A stretch of 64,000 nt of DNA from Vicugna vicugna. Its lineage: Eukaryota. Shown here piece by piece: positions 26,668-38,538 of this stretch. Made by a program: the position numbers and the translations under genes. The notes beneath the pieces were generated by a model. The model did no database searches. It was not told the DNA's origin and was given only the letters and a program-made list of their open reading frames with translations. Each line of letters begins with the position of its first letter. Position 1 is the stretch's first letter. The stretch is from assembly GCA_013265495.1 (NCBI GenBank), contig MU058384.1, positions 681,622 through 745,621 on the forward strand, given 5' to 3'.

Positions 26668-27880
26668 AGTAGTTTTCATGAGAAGTAGAATCACACCAAG
26701 TGAGTATTTTAGCAATTTATGTGGCTATCTTAGGCTGTAAAAATGTTTGGGGGCATGCCACAGGCGTTTCATTTAAGGGTACCTGAAATATGAGATGCCC
26801 AGCAATGCACAGGACTTCACTACAAAGTGAAGAAAGAATTTCTGCCCCTACAAAACCTTTTAGCTTGCCAATTATTCATGCAAGATGGAGTGAGGAAACT
26901 ATATTATTTGAATCTTGAACCAACTATATTTTACATATAAATACACATAGTGTCTGCACTGTCTTAATTTACACTAAATTTTCCAGGAAAAAAAAACTGT
27001 GAGGTAAATTTAGGGAAAATTGTACTTTATTGATTGAAACGTTACCCAAAGAAAATCACATCATGAACAGAAATAACACAGTTACACTCTCTCTCATAGT
27101 TGAGGTAATAATACTGAACTGTATTAGTCTGTACTTGTTGTTGCCAGATTCACATTCATTACATGTATCAGTGTGATCTTCTGACCACTCCATTATACTT
27201 TATATATTTCTGTGCTTTCAAGATTTGAACAGGCAGACCTCAGAGATATTGTGGGTTCAGTTCCAGACCAGAGTAATAAAGCAAATATCTCAATAAAACA
27301 AGTGACACAAAATTTTTGGTTTCCTCGTGCATATAAAAGTCATGTTTACACTATACCGCAGTGTATTACATGTGAAATAACCTTATGTCTAAAGATGTAC
27401 ATACCTTAAAGTTAGTTTATTGCTAAAAATTGCTGCCTCCTAATAAGGCAGGCTTTCATAAATCTTCAGTTTGTAAAAAACACACTATCTGTGATGCTCA
27501 ATAAAGCAAAGCACAATAAAATCAGGGTTGCCTGTAAATCTGTCAAGATTTTAAAAAATAAAAATGAAAATGTGAATTCTCTTATTTCTATTGTACTAGT
27601 CAGGGATGTTGTCTGAAAATGGTTCCTGAAAATATCTACTGTGTTTAATCCTTTATCATATTAGATAATGACCCCTCTCCTTACCCCCATGTGTGTGTGT
27701 CCTGTGGCCATGCTTGCAAGACTTACATTTAAACCAATGGGAAGAAAGACTCAGATGAAGGAAACACCATCATGGTGGTTCCAAGTTTTCTTAGTGGAAC
27801 AACAGTCATTAAAAATTTAATTACATTTACTTTAAGGATTTATGTGAATTAGATACTAGTTATGAGACTTGAATTGGCCA
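26668..27880 (+). mobile_element. MER20B-like hAT-Charlie element, split by a Tigger1 derivative
   Basis: gcaatgcacaggac...gaaccaactatattttacatataaatacaca...aattttccagga...gggaaaattgtacttt colinear with recalled MER20B; right end approximate. Confidence 0.7.
27230..27534 (+). mobile_element. Tigger1 internal-deletion derivative (Tigger1a-type)
   Basis: TIRs caggcagacctc ... cagggttgcctg; gagatattgtgggttcagttccagacca...aataaagcaaatat is the Tigger1 5' end. Confidence 0.9.
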
Positions 27881-29099
27881 CTGCAGTTTTCAGTTTACAG
27901 CTTTATTGTCAGTCCATTAGGATCATTGATCCCTTTGGATTCACAAGTAAAAAGAGCTGTACCTGACTTAAATTAGCTTTCTTATTTCTTTGAGAATAGC
28001 AAAAAGAAGAATGCAGTGCTCAAATAAAAATGACCCCGTGGTACTCTCGTAAGCTTTATTAGGAAACATTTTTAGCCAATTTCAACAGTATTCACCTGCC
28101 CCTCTTACAGGACCTTTTATTTAATAATCAATACGTGCATAGAGAATTGATACCAATTCACTTATTTCAAGCCAGCCAGAAAAACAGATCAATAAATCAT
28201 GAACTTTTCTATGCTGCTTCTCTCAACTTTAACAAAACAATTATTCCAACAACTCAGTCAGCAGCTGATACGGTGATAAAGTTGTTTCTGAGGTCAGAAT
28301 GTTCTGAAATTGAGAGAGGCCTGAGAGTTCATGTATTTATTTCCAAGTACTAAGTGAGAAAAATATTATAACTGCTATTCTTGCACTCTTTCCTGAATAT
28401 CAGGAAATAATGCACTTTTCCATCAAGAAACATTATGGTAATTCGCAGGGGAAAAGAAGGTATTTGTAGCACTCATTTTTTTTCAAAGAGACTATGATAG
28501 TAGTAGAATTCTTATGAGCTCTATTAGCTATCATCTAGATAAATTTATATAACCTAATAACCAGTCATAACTTCTATAGCTCATGAATATGATATAAGAA
28601 TATAGGAATTTTTCCCTGAAATTGAAGGTACTACAAATAAATACGATACAGCTTGCTTTTAACAAATGCTTAGCCACACAGAGAGCCACTTCATTGTCCG
28701 AGATTCACTTCCCTAAACTTAAAAAGGTGATGCTTGCTTACATGGTCTCTAACTTTCTTTTCCCTGTAATAAACACCGGGTCTCTTGGCAGACTGACATT
28801 CAGGTTACATGATAGTACAATTTGGTTGATTCTTGATTAGTTGATCAAAACCTCTAGATTGGCTGAATTGATATTTGTTCTTTCTTTTGGAAGAAGACAT
28901 ACAAAGCATGATTATAAAATTGACAAGAGAGACAAAACGTTGACATCTGATTAACATAAAACATTAGAAATAAGATTCTATGTAAACTATTTATCAGAAC
29001 CATAATTGAAAAGTAACATGTGCATAATCAATGATCAATTTCTAAATAAGGGATAAAGAAGACTTAGATAACAGAAACTGATTTATAAAAGGGCTAGAG

Positions 29100-29580
29100 A
29101 TGTTAGGTCAATATTATTTAACGGTGTGTTGAGTTTAAAAAGAGCAAACACAGGCTTAGGATGTACTTGTGAATATAATATCTGGGTTAATGTAAACAAC
29201 AGAGCCTTTCTTCTCTGTGCTCAAGAGGTAATTTCTAAAGAGTGTTTATCGTAGAGTGTCAGACTTACAGACGTACAGAGGAACTGAACAGAACTGAAGC
29301 AGCGGGTGGTAAATGTGACAAGAAACATAGACATGGTGATGGACTTTAGCTCAACACAATGCCAAACGTTTTACTTGTTTATATTTTCCTTTAATGAAAT
29401 AGAGTACCCTGTGAAGGAGTTGATAACAATATTCAAGATGAAATGCTATAACACTCTGTTAGCAATGCTAAGAACAAAAGTTACATAAACAGAAAGATGG
29501 ACTAGAGGACCAATGAAATTCTTCCAAACTGGATTCTGTACAAGTGAGGTCTGTAGATGAATGCGTATAGAATCTAGGTA
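29100..29580 (+). mobile_element. L3/CR1 LINE 3' ORF2 fragment, highly diverged
   Basis: aaaagagcaaacacaggcttaggatgtactt...ttgataacaatattcaagat resembles CR1/L3 (KKANAILGCI...DMIAVFK). Confidence 0.5.
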
Positions 29581-30739
29581 ATACAAATAAACTTGCCTTT
29601 CATGTGAGTATTGTGTAGTGCAAAACATTTATTTTTTATGTAGAATCCAGGCCACTTGGGAACATGGCTGACTTAGCACACAGCACATTCATTGAACTCA
29701 CACTAATGAGTGGCCTGGTTTATCAACTCCCCTCTGCATGTATTGTGGAACACGTGTAGCTGACATGAGAATAACTATACTTCTCTGACTTATTTGTCAA
29801 GAGTATTTTCCTTCAGTGTTCCAGGGTTGTTAACTGATATCATTGGAGAAGGAAAAAAAAGTAGGTTCTCTTATCCTCCAGGTCTAGGTAGCACCCTATT
29901 ATTTTCCCTGACTTAACATAATATGGCAGCTCCCATCACCTCGTGGGCAATATTGAGATTTTACTGAAATACTCATAGAAAAGCTTTGGGTTGTTTTTCC
30001 ATTTTAGGATTGGAATTCTAAAGGATATTTATTTGACTCTGACTCGGAATATTTTCCTTGTGATAAAAATATGCCAAATTATTTGCTTAAGTTCCCAATT
30101 GTGAGAAAAAGGTTATGTATATGAATATGTGACTTATTTATAGTTGGAAGTAGTCGTTTACAGTTTAGTCGCTCTTGCAATCACTGACGTAATAACACAA
30201 GTCCTTACAGGAAATGTCACGATGCTGACCCACCTTTCAAAATAATCTATCAAATAATAGCCCTGATTTTCTTTGTATGGCAATCACGTTGATAAAAGTC
30301 TGTTTTGGTCAAAATATGTAAGCCGGTTTTTGTGTCTGAGTGCATTTATTTTTTGTTCATGTTTTACTTACGAAAATGGCCTAGGTATTTTTAATTTCTC
30401 TGATTTTAGTTTTCCTGCCAACTTCACATTAAGCAAATAAATTAGTTAAATGCAAAGTAATATTATTAGAGGAACTGTTCCAAGAATGTCTGTGAAATTG
30501 CATTTCAATACCCATTAGACATGGTTCTTTTCACTATAAATGTCTCTCTGTCGCTGAAAATGCAATTCTGTAGCGTTAAACAAAAGGCATATTCAAAATA
30601 AGGCTTGGTTTTCAATCACTGAGTTACAGCTACCTCAAATAAACGTCAGAATCCAATTAAAGAGAATTGAATTCTTCAGCTTGACCCACTGACAATTTCA
30701 ATTCTTTTCTTTGTATTTCAGCAGTTTCAATAGGGAACA

Positions 30740-31268
30740 CAAGAGTTGAATCTGATTTGGGGAATATGGATTGAAGCGGCTGACCAGCAAATGTCAGGGA
30801 GATGGGGAGGACTGGCCTCTGGGACGTAGATGGGGTGGAGGGAATGGTTACTAGGGAAATCTTTCCCTAATGTCCGCATATAAGGAACATAAGTAAAAAT
30901 GGGGAAGGTTGTGGAAGGTAGCCTGGTACAGTCATCACCCCAGCAGCCCAGTAGAAAGGTACCTTGCCTAGGGAACTTGGCATGGGCCCAGCTCCACAGA
31001 GGCTCTACCAATTAGCAAAAAAAGGCTGGATGCTGACAAGGAAGCATAATTTTTCAGGAAGCAGATGGCTCCAAAGAGGCTCCAGGAGGGACCGAGTGCC
31101 TGAATCCTTTTAGCAGTTTTGTTTGAATACATACATTCAGAAGCAGGTGGTGCAACCCCATTGTAATCCAGACCTAAGAATATATGTTGTTTTCTCCAGG
31201 AAATAAAGAGTTTTTCATTATCACTATTATGTTTGTATATGCAGTCTATGTATTTATATAAGAGGAGC
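30740..31268 (+). mobile_element. LTR-like segment (MamGypLTR1-like) upstream of the gag relic
   Basis: GC/purine-richer island; gggcccagctccacagaggct...aggctggatgctgacaagga recalls MamGypLTR1; aataaa at ~31202; boundaries uncertain. Confidence 0.5.
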
Positions 31269-31477
31269 AGAGGAGAGGACCCTTATATTCTGTAAATGGA
31301 AACATTCATGCTAATTAGGATGGTCTATCCATGGTTTAGTTCTCTCTGCTCCAAAAGGGGACCCTTACTTAAGATGACTAGTTTGCCAGCTGAATTGAGA
31401 AATGTCAGACAAAATTTATCAAAAATATATTCCTAGTGGCACACAGGTTTTGGAGGGGAGATACATTCCATATACTA

Positions 31478-32474
31478 CATGGGGGTTGAGACTTAGTTAT
31501 ATATGACCTGTCTATAACTGAATAAATTGTAATTTCTTCAGGAAATGTCCGTTGTCATTAAAGATGGAGTTAGCACCTACTTACAGAAATCAGTTTAAAC
31601 ATAAATTAATTAATTTAATAATTTTAAAAAACCTTGGAGTTGGAGAAATCTTCCTCAAACTTGAAGGAGCCCTTATGACAGAATTGGTTGGGTCATTAAA
31701 GTGTTTTATCCATGTGCCCAGATCGCCACATGAAATACCCAAAAGTAAGAGTAAATTCTTCGGGGAAGAAAAATGTATAATTTCTAAAGCTCATGCTAGA
31801 TACAATGTAGTATCAAAAGCTACAGATATTTTCAGAAGTTTAGACACCCCTCTAAGGACTTTAAAATGAGGTTGAACAAAATTGTAGGATTCTTTAAAGA
31901 ATGGTCCAACTCTATGAGAGAGTTTAAGGGGAACATATAAAACATTGCCCCACAAGGTTGTGCAAGGTTCATGTCAATGTCTCAGTGGGTGGCTATGTGC
32001 TTACAAGCATTTGGGCAAACATCTGGTGACATAGATCTGCATGTTAAATTACTGAACACCGACTATAAAGCAGGAGAAACATTCAAGGTGTTCATGTTGG
32101 TGCTGGAAACATTGAAATTGCAAGTATGGGAGGGAAAGGGGATGTCACCAAGAGCAGCAGCATATGAGATCTCTGCCTCCCCTACCTACTTCCCTGAGAA
32201 AATGTCAACGAGAGCTGTCCCTTGTTTGATGCACTGGGAAAAGTGTGGACTTCCACTGATAACAGGTCTGGGCACCAATTCTATGAGATGATGGGCAGAA
32301 AGTGGGAGCACCGTTCTTAGGCTACCTTCATCCAATAGATAGGTATGAGAAGGGGTCGATGAAAACAATGGATACTATTGTTCTACTTTGGGAGGTGTAG
32401 GTGAATCAGATGAGGATTTTTAAACTAAAGGGAGACAGAAGCAAGAAGGAAACTGGGCCAGGAAAATTACCTAG
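31478..32474 (+). pseudogene. decayed PNMA-like Ty3/Gypsy gag (multiple stops and frameshifts)
   Basis: hand translation, in order: GEIFLKLEGALMTELVGSLKCFIHVPR (ORF 31552), YQKLQIFS 31811-31834, DFKMRLNKIVGFFKEW 31857-31904, ESLRG 31918-31932, CLQAFGQTSG..DLHVKLLNTDYKAGETFKVFMLVLETL (ORF 31971), EGNWAR ~32445-32462; start approximate. Confidence 0.75.
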
Positions 32475-33209
32475 AATGTCTGCTCCTAAGTGTGACTTTG
32501 TTTTATGATCTGGCTGGTTGTGATTGACAGATAGGTGGGTTCTTTGTCAGGATTTAAAGGACCAGGGCCAGAAGGACAACTTTCAACTTGAAAATTCTTT
32601 GATGCTAGCCTGGAAATTTAATATTAAGAGATATTTCCAATGATCATATCAAGGTGGATTGTTCAATTTAATAATACATCTACTAGCAACATGAATAATT
32701 CAAGGATATATATATGGTATATAAACTAGCAGTCTTACCTGCTTTCTAGTTGCTCTGAGTTTATTCCAGCTGCCCTTGATTTCTGTAGGTGCATAGTATT
32801 CAGAGAATTTAAGCATTGTGGTCCTGTTGCCTTGTGATAATAAAAATCTTGTAACTTTTCACTGCTGGTTATTGGTTTTACTACTAGATTTGGATTCTGG
32901 CAATCACACTTCTACCTTCAAAACACACAGCCCACTGCCTCGGGTAATAAAGTTCCTACTGGAGCCTGGGGAAATGCCACCCACCAGAGGAGATCCTTGG
33001 ACCTCAAAAAGTGTAGGTATTGTAAAGGGATTCCCTACCATCCAGAGGAGCAGTGAATAAGTTGAAAGCACATACCATTTCTGAAAAAACAGCGTAGCTC
33101 TGTGTGCTAGTTAGGTCAGTCCTATTTGTGGTCACAGATAAAGCTTCAAATGTCAGTAGTTTAAAACAGATGAAACTCATTTATTTTCCTTAAGAAGCCC
33201 AAAACTGAT

Positions 33210-33492
33210 AGTTGTAACTAGTATTGGTTCATAACAGATCACAAGAGCTAACTAGTCAATTTTCAGGAATTATGTGTGCCAATTTTTAATCAGCTATTAT
33301 TAAATGATAAATTTATACACTTACAATTAAGTAAATTAGTATATTAAAACATAGGTAATTTATAATCAGACTCATCCCATACTAATCATTTTACTCTTCT
33401 CTATGCTCTAAAGGTTATTAACTTCTATCATATCAATATGGTAGAATTTCTATCAAATGGTGTGGTATGCACATTTCAGCCTAACTCCGCAT
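33210..33492 (+). mobile_element. MER63-type hAT-Blackjack element
   Basis: aattttcaggaatt...cagctattattaaa...acttacaattaagtaaatta...ctatgctctaaaggttatt...aactccgc colinear with recalled MER63B/C. Confidence 0.8.
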
Positions 33493-33709
33493 AACTCTCC
33501 ATGCAGTATTGAGACCTTTCAGCCTGCACATGGTCTGCTATAAAAGTTATTGAAGGACACATATTTACTGAATATTTTGCCACCTCATAATATGGGCCTC
33601 AATCTTTCCATCCTCTAATAAAAACTCCTGTGTAACCTCAATGATTAGGGATTAGGTTTATATTATAATTTAGGTTTCAGTTAGCAATACCACAGTCTTT
33701 CTAATTTCC

Positions 33710-34065
33710 ATATTAGTTAGAATAACACCAGCTATAATAATAAATAAATCCCCAAATATCAGTGACTTAATAAATCAGAACTTTAGTTCTTGCTCACAGG
33801 ATTTCGTAAGTGGGCACTGCTAAGCAACAAAACGTTATTCTCTAAATGACTTCTTTCATCTTGAAGCACAACCATTTTGGACATCAGTTTCCAAATTTTC
33901 CCAAGGGATCGTTTTCAGTTATATCCAGCTGAGGGGGAACAAAGCAAAGGTGATTATATGCGAAGAATCTATGTTCCTGGCTTAATATCGTGGCATACAC
34001 AACTTTTGACTAGAACTCAGTTAACATATCAGATCTAGCTTCAAGGGATGCTAGGAAATGGAGAT
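33710..34065 (-). mobile_element. old MaLR LTR (MLT1J/K-like)
   Basis: tattagttag...ccccaaatatcagtgacttaat...ttcttgctcaca...ctagaactcag...gcttcaagggatgctaggaaatg. Confidence 0.65.
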
Positions 34066-34244
34066 TATTCATTTAGTCTGTTAGCTTCAGTCTTTTGAAC
34101 AATATCTCATCTGATTTCCATCAAGACAACTCAGATAGGCATGGCATGGCACAAATACTGAAGAAATGGAACCTAGAGGGGTGAAGTGACTAGCAAGAAT
34201 CAAAGTTTAACTCACAGAGCCAAAGTGCCTTGATTGTCCAATAG

Positions 34245-35370
34245 CATGTTTGATCCCCTTTTCTGTCTTCTCCTTCTGGGGCTCCTGTTATGCATAGATT
34301 GGCAACCTTTGTATTATCCCATAGTATCCCATAGGCCCCTTATATTACTTTCTTTTTTTTTTTTTTTTCATTTGTTTTTCAGTCTGCTGTTCTGATTGGG
34401 TGATTTCCATTACTGTATCTTTCAAATCACTTATTCTTTCTTCTGCATTGTTTAGTCTACTATTTTACTGCCTTTAGCTCAGATTTCATCTCAGCTACTG
34501 GTTTTTCTGATTTTATTTGGCTTCTCTTTATAATTTGCACCTCTATTTTTTTTATAGTATCCTGCATTTCTATCAATAGCCTCTCTTAATTCCTTCAGTA
34601 TTTTTATTACCTCCTTGTTGAACTCAGGATCTAGTAGACTCGAGAGGTCTATTTCATTGTTTGTTCTTCCAGTGGATTTCTCTTGTTTTAATTGGGAGTG
34701 GTTCCTCTGCTTCTTCATTTTACTTAGTTTTCTCTGACTCTATGAATTTATGAGCAATAGTCATCTGCTGTGATCTTGAAGGGCTGTTTCTGTGTGGCAC
34801 ATCCCTGTGTAGCCTGTATGCACCTAATATTTTTATTGTGAGGGCTGTTTTCAGTATAGATGGCTGCCATGCTTCTCTTCCATGTGTGCTGATGATCATC
34901 CCCTTGTTAGGCAGTGTGATTAGTGTTGTGGTGACCGGAGCCTGCACTGGATGTTGAGTGGCGCCTCCCCTTTGCTCTGTGGTTGTCATAGCCCTCTGGG
35001 AAGCTGAGTCTGTTCCCTAGTCATTGGAGTAGAAGCCCCCAGATCTGTTTCTGAGCTTCTGTGTGAGGTGGGCAGGACTGGAGAGCTCCCACTGGGAGAG
35101 GAGCCACTGAGTAGTCTTCCTCAGGAGATGTCCACCTCAGAGTGCATTCTGTGGTGTTGCCTGCCACCTGTTGTGTCGGCTCACAATGTACACTATTGTT
35201 GACACTACCCTCGGGCCCTGCCCCAGCCATGGGAATGCAGGCACTCTGCCCTGGTATCCGTCAGGTGCTGTGCTCACAAAGGCACCAGGGCAGATCCATT
35301 GAGGTCAGGCACCCACTGTAGTCACACACAGTTGAACATCTGGATCCACTGTGGGCTACAGGGTCCTTAG
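34245..35370 (-). mobile_element. L1/HAL1 5' UTR plus ORF1 N-terminal part
   Basis: ORF 34491-34718 MKKQRNHSQLKQEKS..TNNEIDLSSLLDPEFNKEVIKILKEL is an L1 ORF1p N-terminus; GC-richer 5' UTR at 34900-35370. Confidence 0.85.
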
Positions 35371-35571
35371 TAGATGTAAACTACTATGGATATCTAGCTA
35401 GCTAGCTAGATAAACAACAGCGTCCTACTGTATAATACACGGAATTATATTCAACAACTCGTAATAACCTAAAATGAAAAAGAATATATATGTGTATGTA
35501 TAACTGAATCACTATGCTGTACATCAGAAACTAACACAACGTTGTAAATCAACTATACTTCAATTAAAAAA
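35371..35571 (+). mobile_element. artiodactyl-type L1 3' end
   Basis: gataaacaacagcgtcctactgtata...tataactgaatcactatgctgtacatcagaaactaacacaacgttgtaaatcaactatacttcaattaaaaaa. Confidence 0.9.
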
Positions 35572-37261
35572 GTATATTTTGTTGAAGTGTTATCTTTACT
35601 TTACCTCAGTTTACCCCCTCCCTTCCTCCTCACCTATGATTGATGGGAGTAATTTTAGCTATCCCTAGACTTCAATGAATAATGATGGAATAATGATCAT
35701 TCTGTAGTAGCTCATCTTAAAATTCTTCAGCCTGGCTCTGGACCCTTCAAAACCTCTCTTCTAGTAGGAAAAGCTCTCAGTACCCAAGCCAGTGTGGGGA
35801 GAAATCAGTAGGAAAGGACAATGTAAGTGTAATTCCTCTTCCAAGTCATAAATTTAAACAATTTTGAAAATGGTTATCCTATCCTAATCTATATTCGGTA
35901 CTAAGCAATTATAGCTCTTTATCTGTCCCTTGTGATATCAGTTCCAAAGCCTTTACTGTCCTCAATACCTTCTGAAAATATGGTACTTAGAATGTAATTT
36001 AATTTTGCAAGTGTGCTCTGAACAATAGGCTAGGAATGTTCCCCATCCTGGGGTATGCAAGCTCCTTCATTTCTTTTTCTTGCATTGTGGTTGCCCATGA
36101 AAATCTATTTCTCTGTGTGATTATTATTGCTATTTCAACATAAAGCCTCCTTTCCCATTATATATTTTGCCACTAAAATTGTCTCCTTAACACTATCTCT
36201 GCACCATCATTCACAGTAATGAGTTCTATTCTAACTCACATAGTTAAATCAGCCTCTGCTGCCTTTAGGTTTGTATTTGAATCACGGATTCTCTATCGTA
36301 ACTACTTCAGGTAAGTCCAGTTGCCCTCAGAAATGAATATGCATATAATATTTCTTTGGTTTTTACCACTATTAGTTAACCATAATTTTGACTAAGCAGT
36401 ATCCCCTTACTTATAAAGCTCAAGAAAAGAATTTTTCCTGAATCTTTAGTAATATCAACATAAGCATATTTGATTATGCATAACAATATATTTAAAGATA
36501 GAGATGACTTAATGCTTGATTCAATTTCCTCTCTAGACCCAGGAGGGAGTTATTTAAGAGATCCCAATTAGGAATGATTTGAATTAATTGGAGCAACATA
36601 ATGTACATACTGCATTGCATTCCCAATTAAGTTAGAAAGAGATAGAAGATATTCTGCTGACAGCATGTCTTTATTGGGCTAATAGTCATTATTCACGTAT
36701 CATCAATTCTTTATCTAATGTCAAGTATTTTGTTTCTTCTGAACACAAATATGCATTATTAAGAAATAAAAATACCAGTGAATAGTAGATTGGTTTAGTA
36801 AGTAGGAACAAGATTTGAACATATAGCATAAATTGATGACTCCTCAAATACCCACGGTTTCACCTCTGTATGTGTATATAAATTGAATGTCAACACTCTG
36901 TATGAATTAGATGAACCTCTGGAGTCCACTCTGACCTAAGATAAAAACCAAATTTATTGGCTCTTAATTGCTCTCCGATTGATACTAAAGTAAAAATGTA
37001 TTGTGGAGCATGTAGAGATTCTTACTGTGTTTAGAATATTCATAAAATAAAATTATTCTCAGGGGAAAGAAGCTTTAATACTGACGTTTAGAATGGTGGA
37101 TATTCTTTTAGTCATATAGTCGCTGTTCTGAATCTTAAAATATTTGCTTCAAACTGTTGTAATATTTGTACAAGATTTTTTGTTGGGTTTGGGATGATGT
37201 TCGCTGTTTAATTATTTTTCCTCTGATATGTTATGGCCTACAGACAAATAAACATATGATA

Positions 37262-37380
37262 TGAATTCACAAGACCCAGACCTAATTGTTTTGAATCCCA
37301 GATCTGCTAATTGTACCTGTGTGACATTGAGTAGGTCATTTAGCCTGTGTGATTCTCATTTTACTCATGTGGAAAGTTAA
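37262..37380 (+). mobile_element. MIR fragment
   Basis: ttgaatcccagatctgctaattgtacctgtgtgacattgagtaggtcatttagcct. Confidence 0.7.
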
Positions 37381-38538
37381 TATCTCTCTCTCTCTCTTCA
37401 AGTGATAGTTGTTGGATGAGAGAGACAGGGAGAGAGAGGGAGAGGGTTATTGTTTTGTTTTAGATCAAAATAAATGTATCCATGGGGTGTTCTTTGGACA
37501 AAAGTGAATCCCCATGAGTAAGCTATAGAACACTTTAATAAGATACTGTGGTCTTACAATTTTAATCAAATAATTTAATTTGATAATATGTTCCTACTGC
37601 ATGTACATAGAATTAGACTAATTCCTCTTCCACAGGACCTCTCTGATTGAAGTCAATTCCAAATTCTAGCTGATACCTACAAAATGTTAATTCAATGAAT
37701 TGAAAAACTCATTTCAAAAGGAATCAATTAGTGTTTTTTTTTTCAAAAATATAACTTCAGAGCCAAATTACTGGTTCACTGATTCCCTACATCAATTCAC
37801 CAGTTGACCAGTTGTGGTTGTCCGTTATGAAGACCCAGACTTAATTGAAGCTGAGTACAAAGTCTTATTTCTAAGAGCAGACGAAGGCTTCTTGTAGCCC
37901 AGAAGCTATTATAGTTTCATTACAAGTAGTTTTGTGAGGCAAGTACCCAGACTAATGAAGTCTAATTTCCTATGGATTAAAAAAAAAAGAAGCAATAATA
38001 TATCGCTGATGTTAGGTAAAGAAATTCTGAATATAGCACATTTATTCTGTTAAATTACTCATGAACACATGAGGACATGGTTATGGGCCGTAAGAGCCAA
38101 TGGCATTTTCCTCCTGTGGGAGCTGTCGTGTGCACGGATTCAGGGGCCCATTCTATAGTCTTAAAGCCTTTCAGTAAAAACTCTGTGGGTGATCTCATTT
38201 CAAGATAAACCTAAACTAATATCACAGGTCAAACTTGCCACCCAAGACACCTAAGAAAAACATATAATGATCACTAGTGGGAATCCACATAGAATTTTTA
38301 AATATGAGAGCCACAAAAAGGAAAATGCTATTTTCAGCCTGGCCACCATTGCATCTTTATCGCAGCAATATATGTGAATAATGTAGCTGCTCATATTCTA
38401 AGCCAAAAAGTCACACCTGCAAATTTATAGTTTCAGGAAGTATCAGGAGAAAATCAATTGTCAGTTTACTAGAAATATCAGTTGTTTCAGAGACTGTCCT
38501 ATGTTACAATCAGTTTTTAAAAGCACATTATTGCTGTC

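Noticed and set aside
35391..35412. 22-bp perfect palindrome tatctagctagctagctagata
   Set aside because: Self-complementary (CTAG)n micro-expansion inside an L1 tail.
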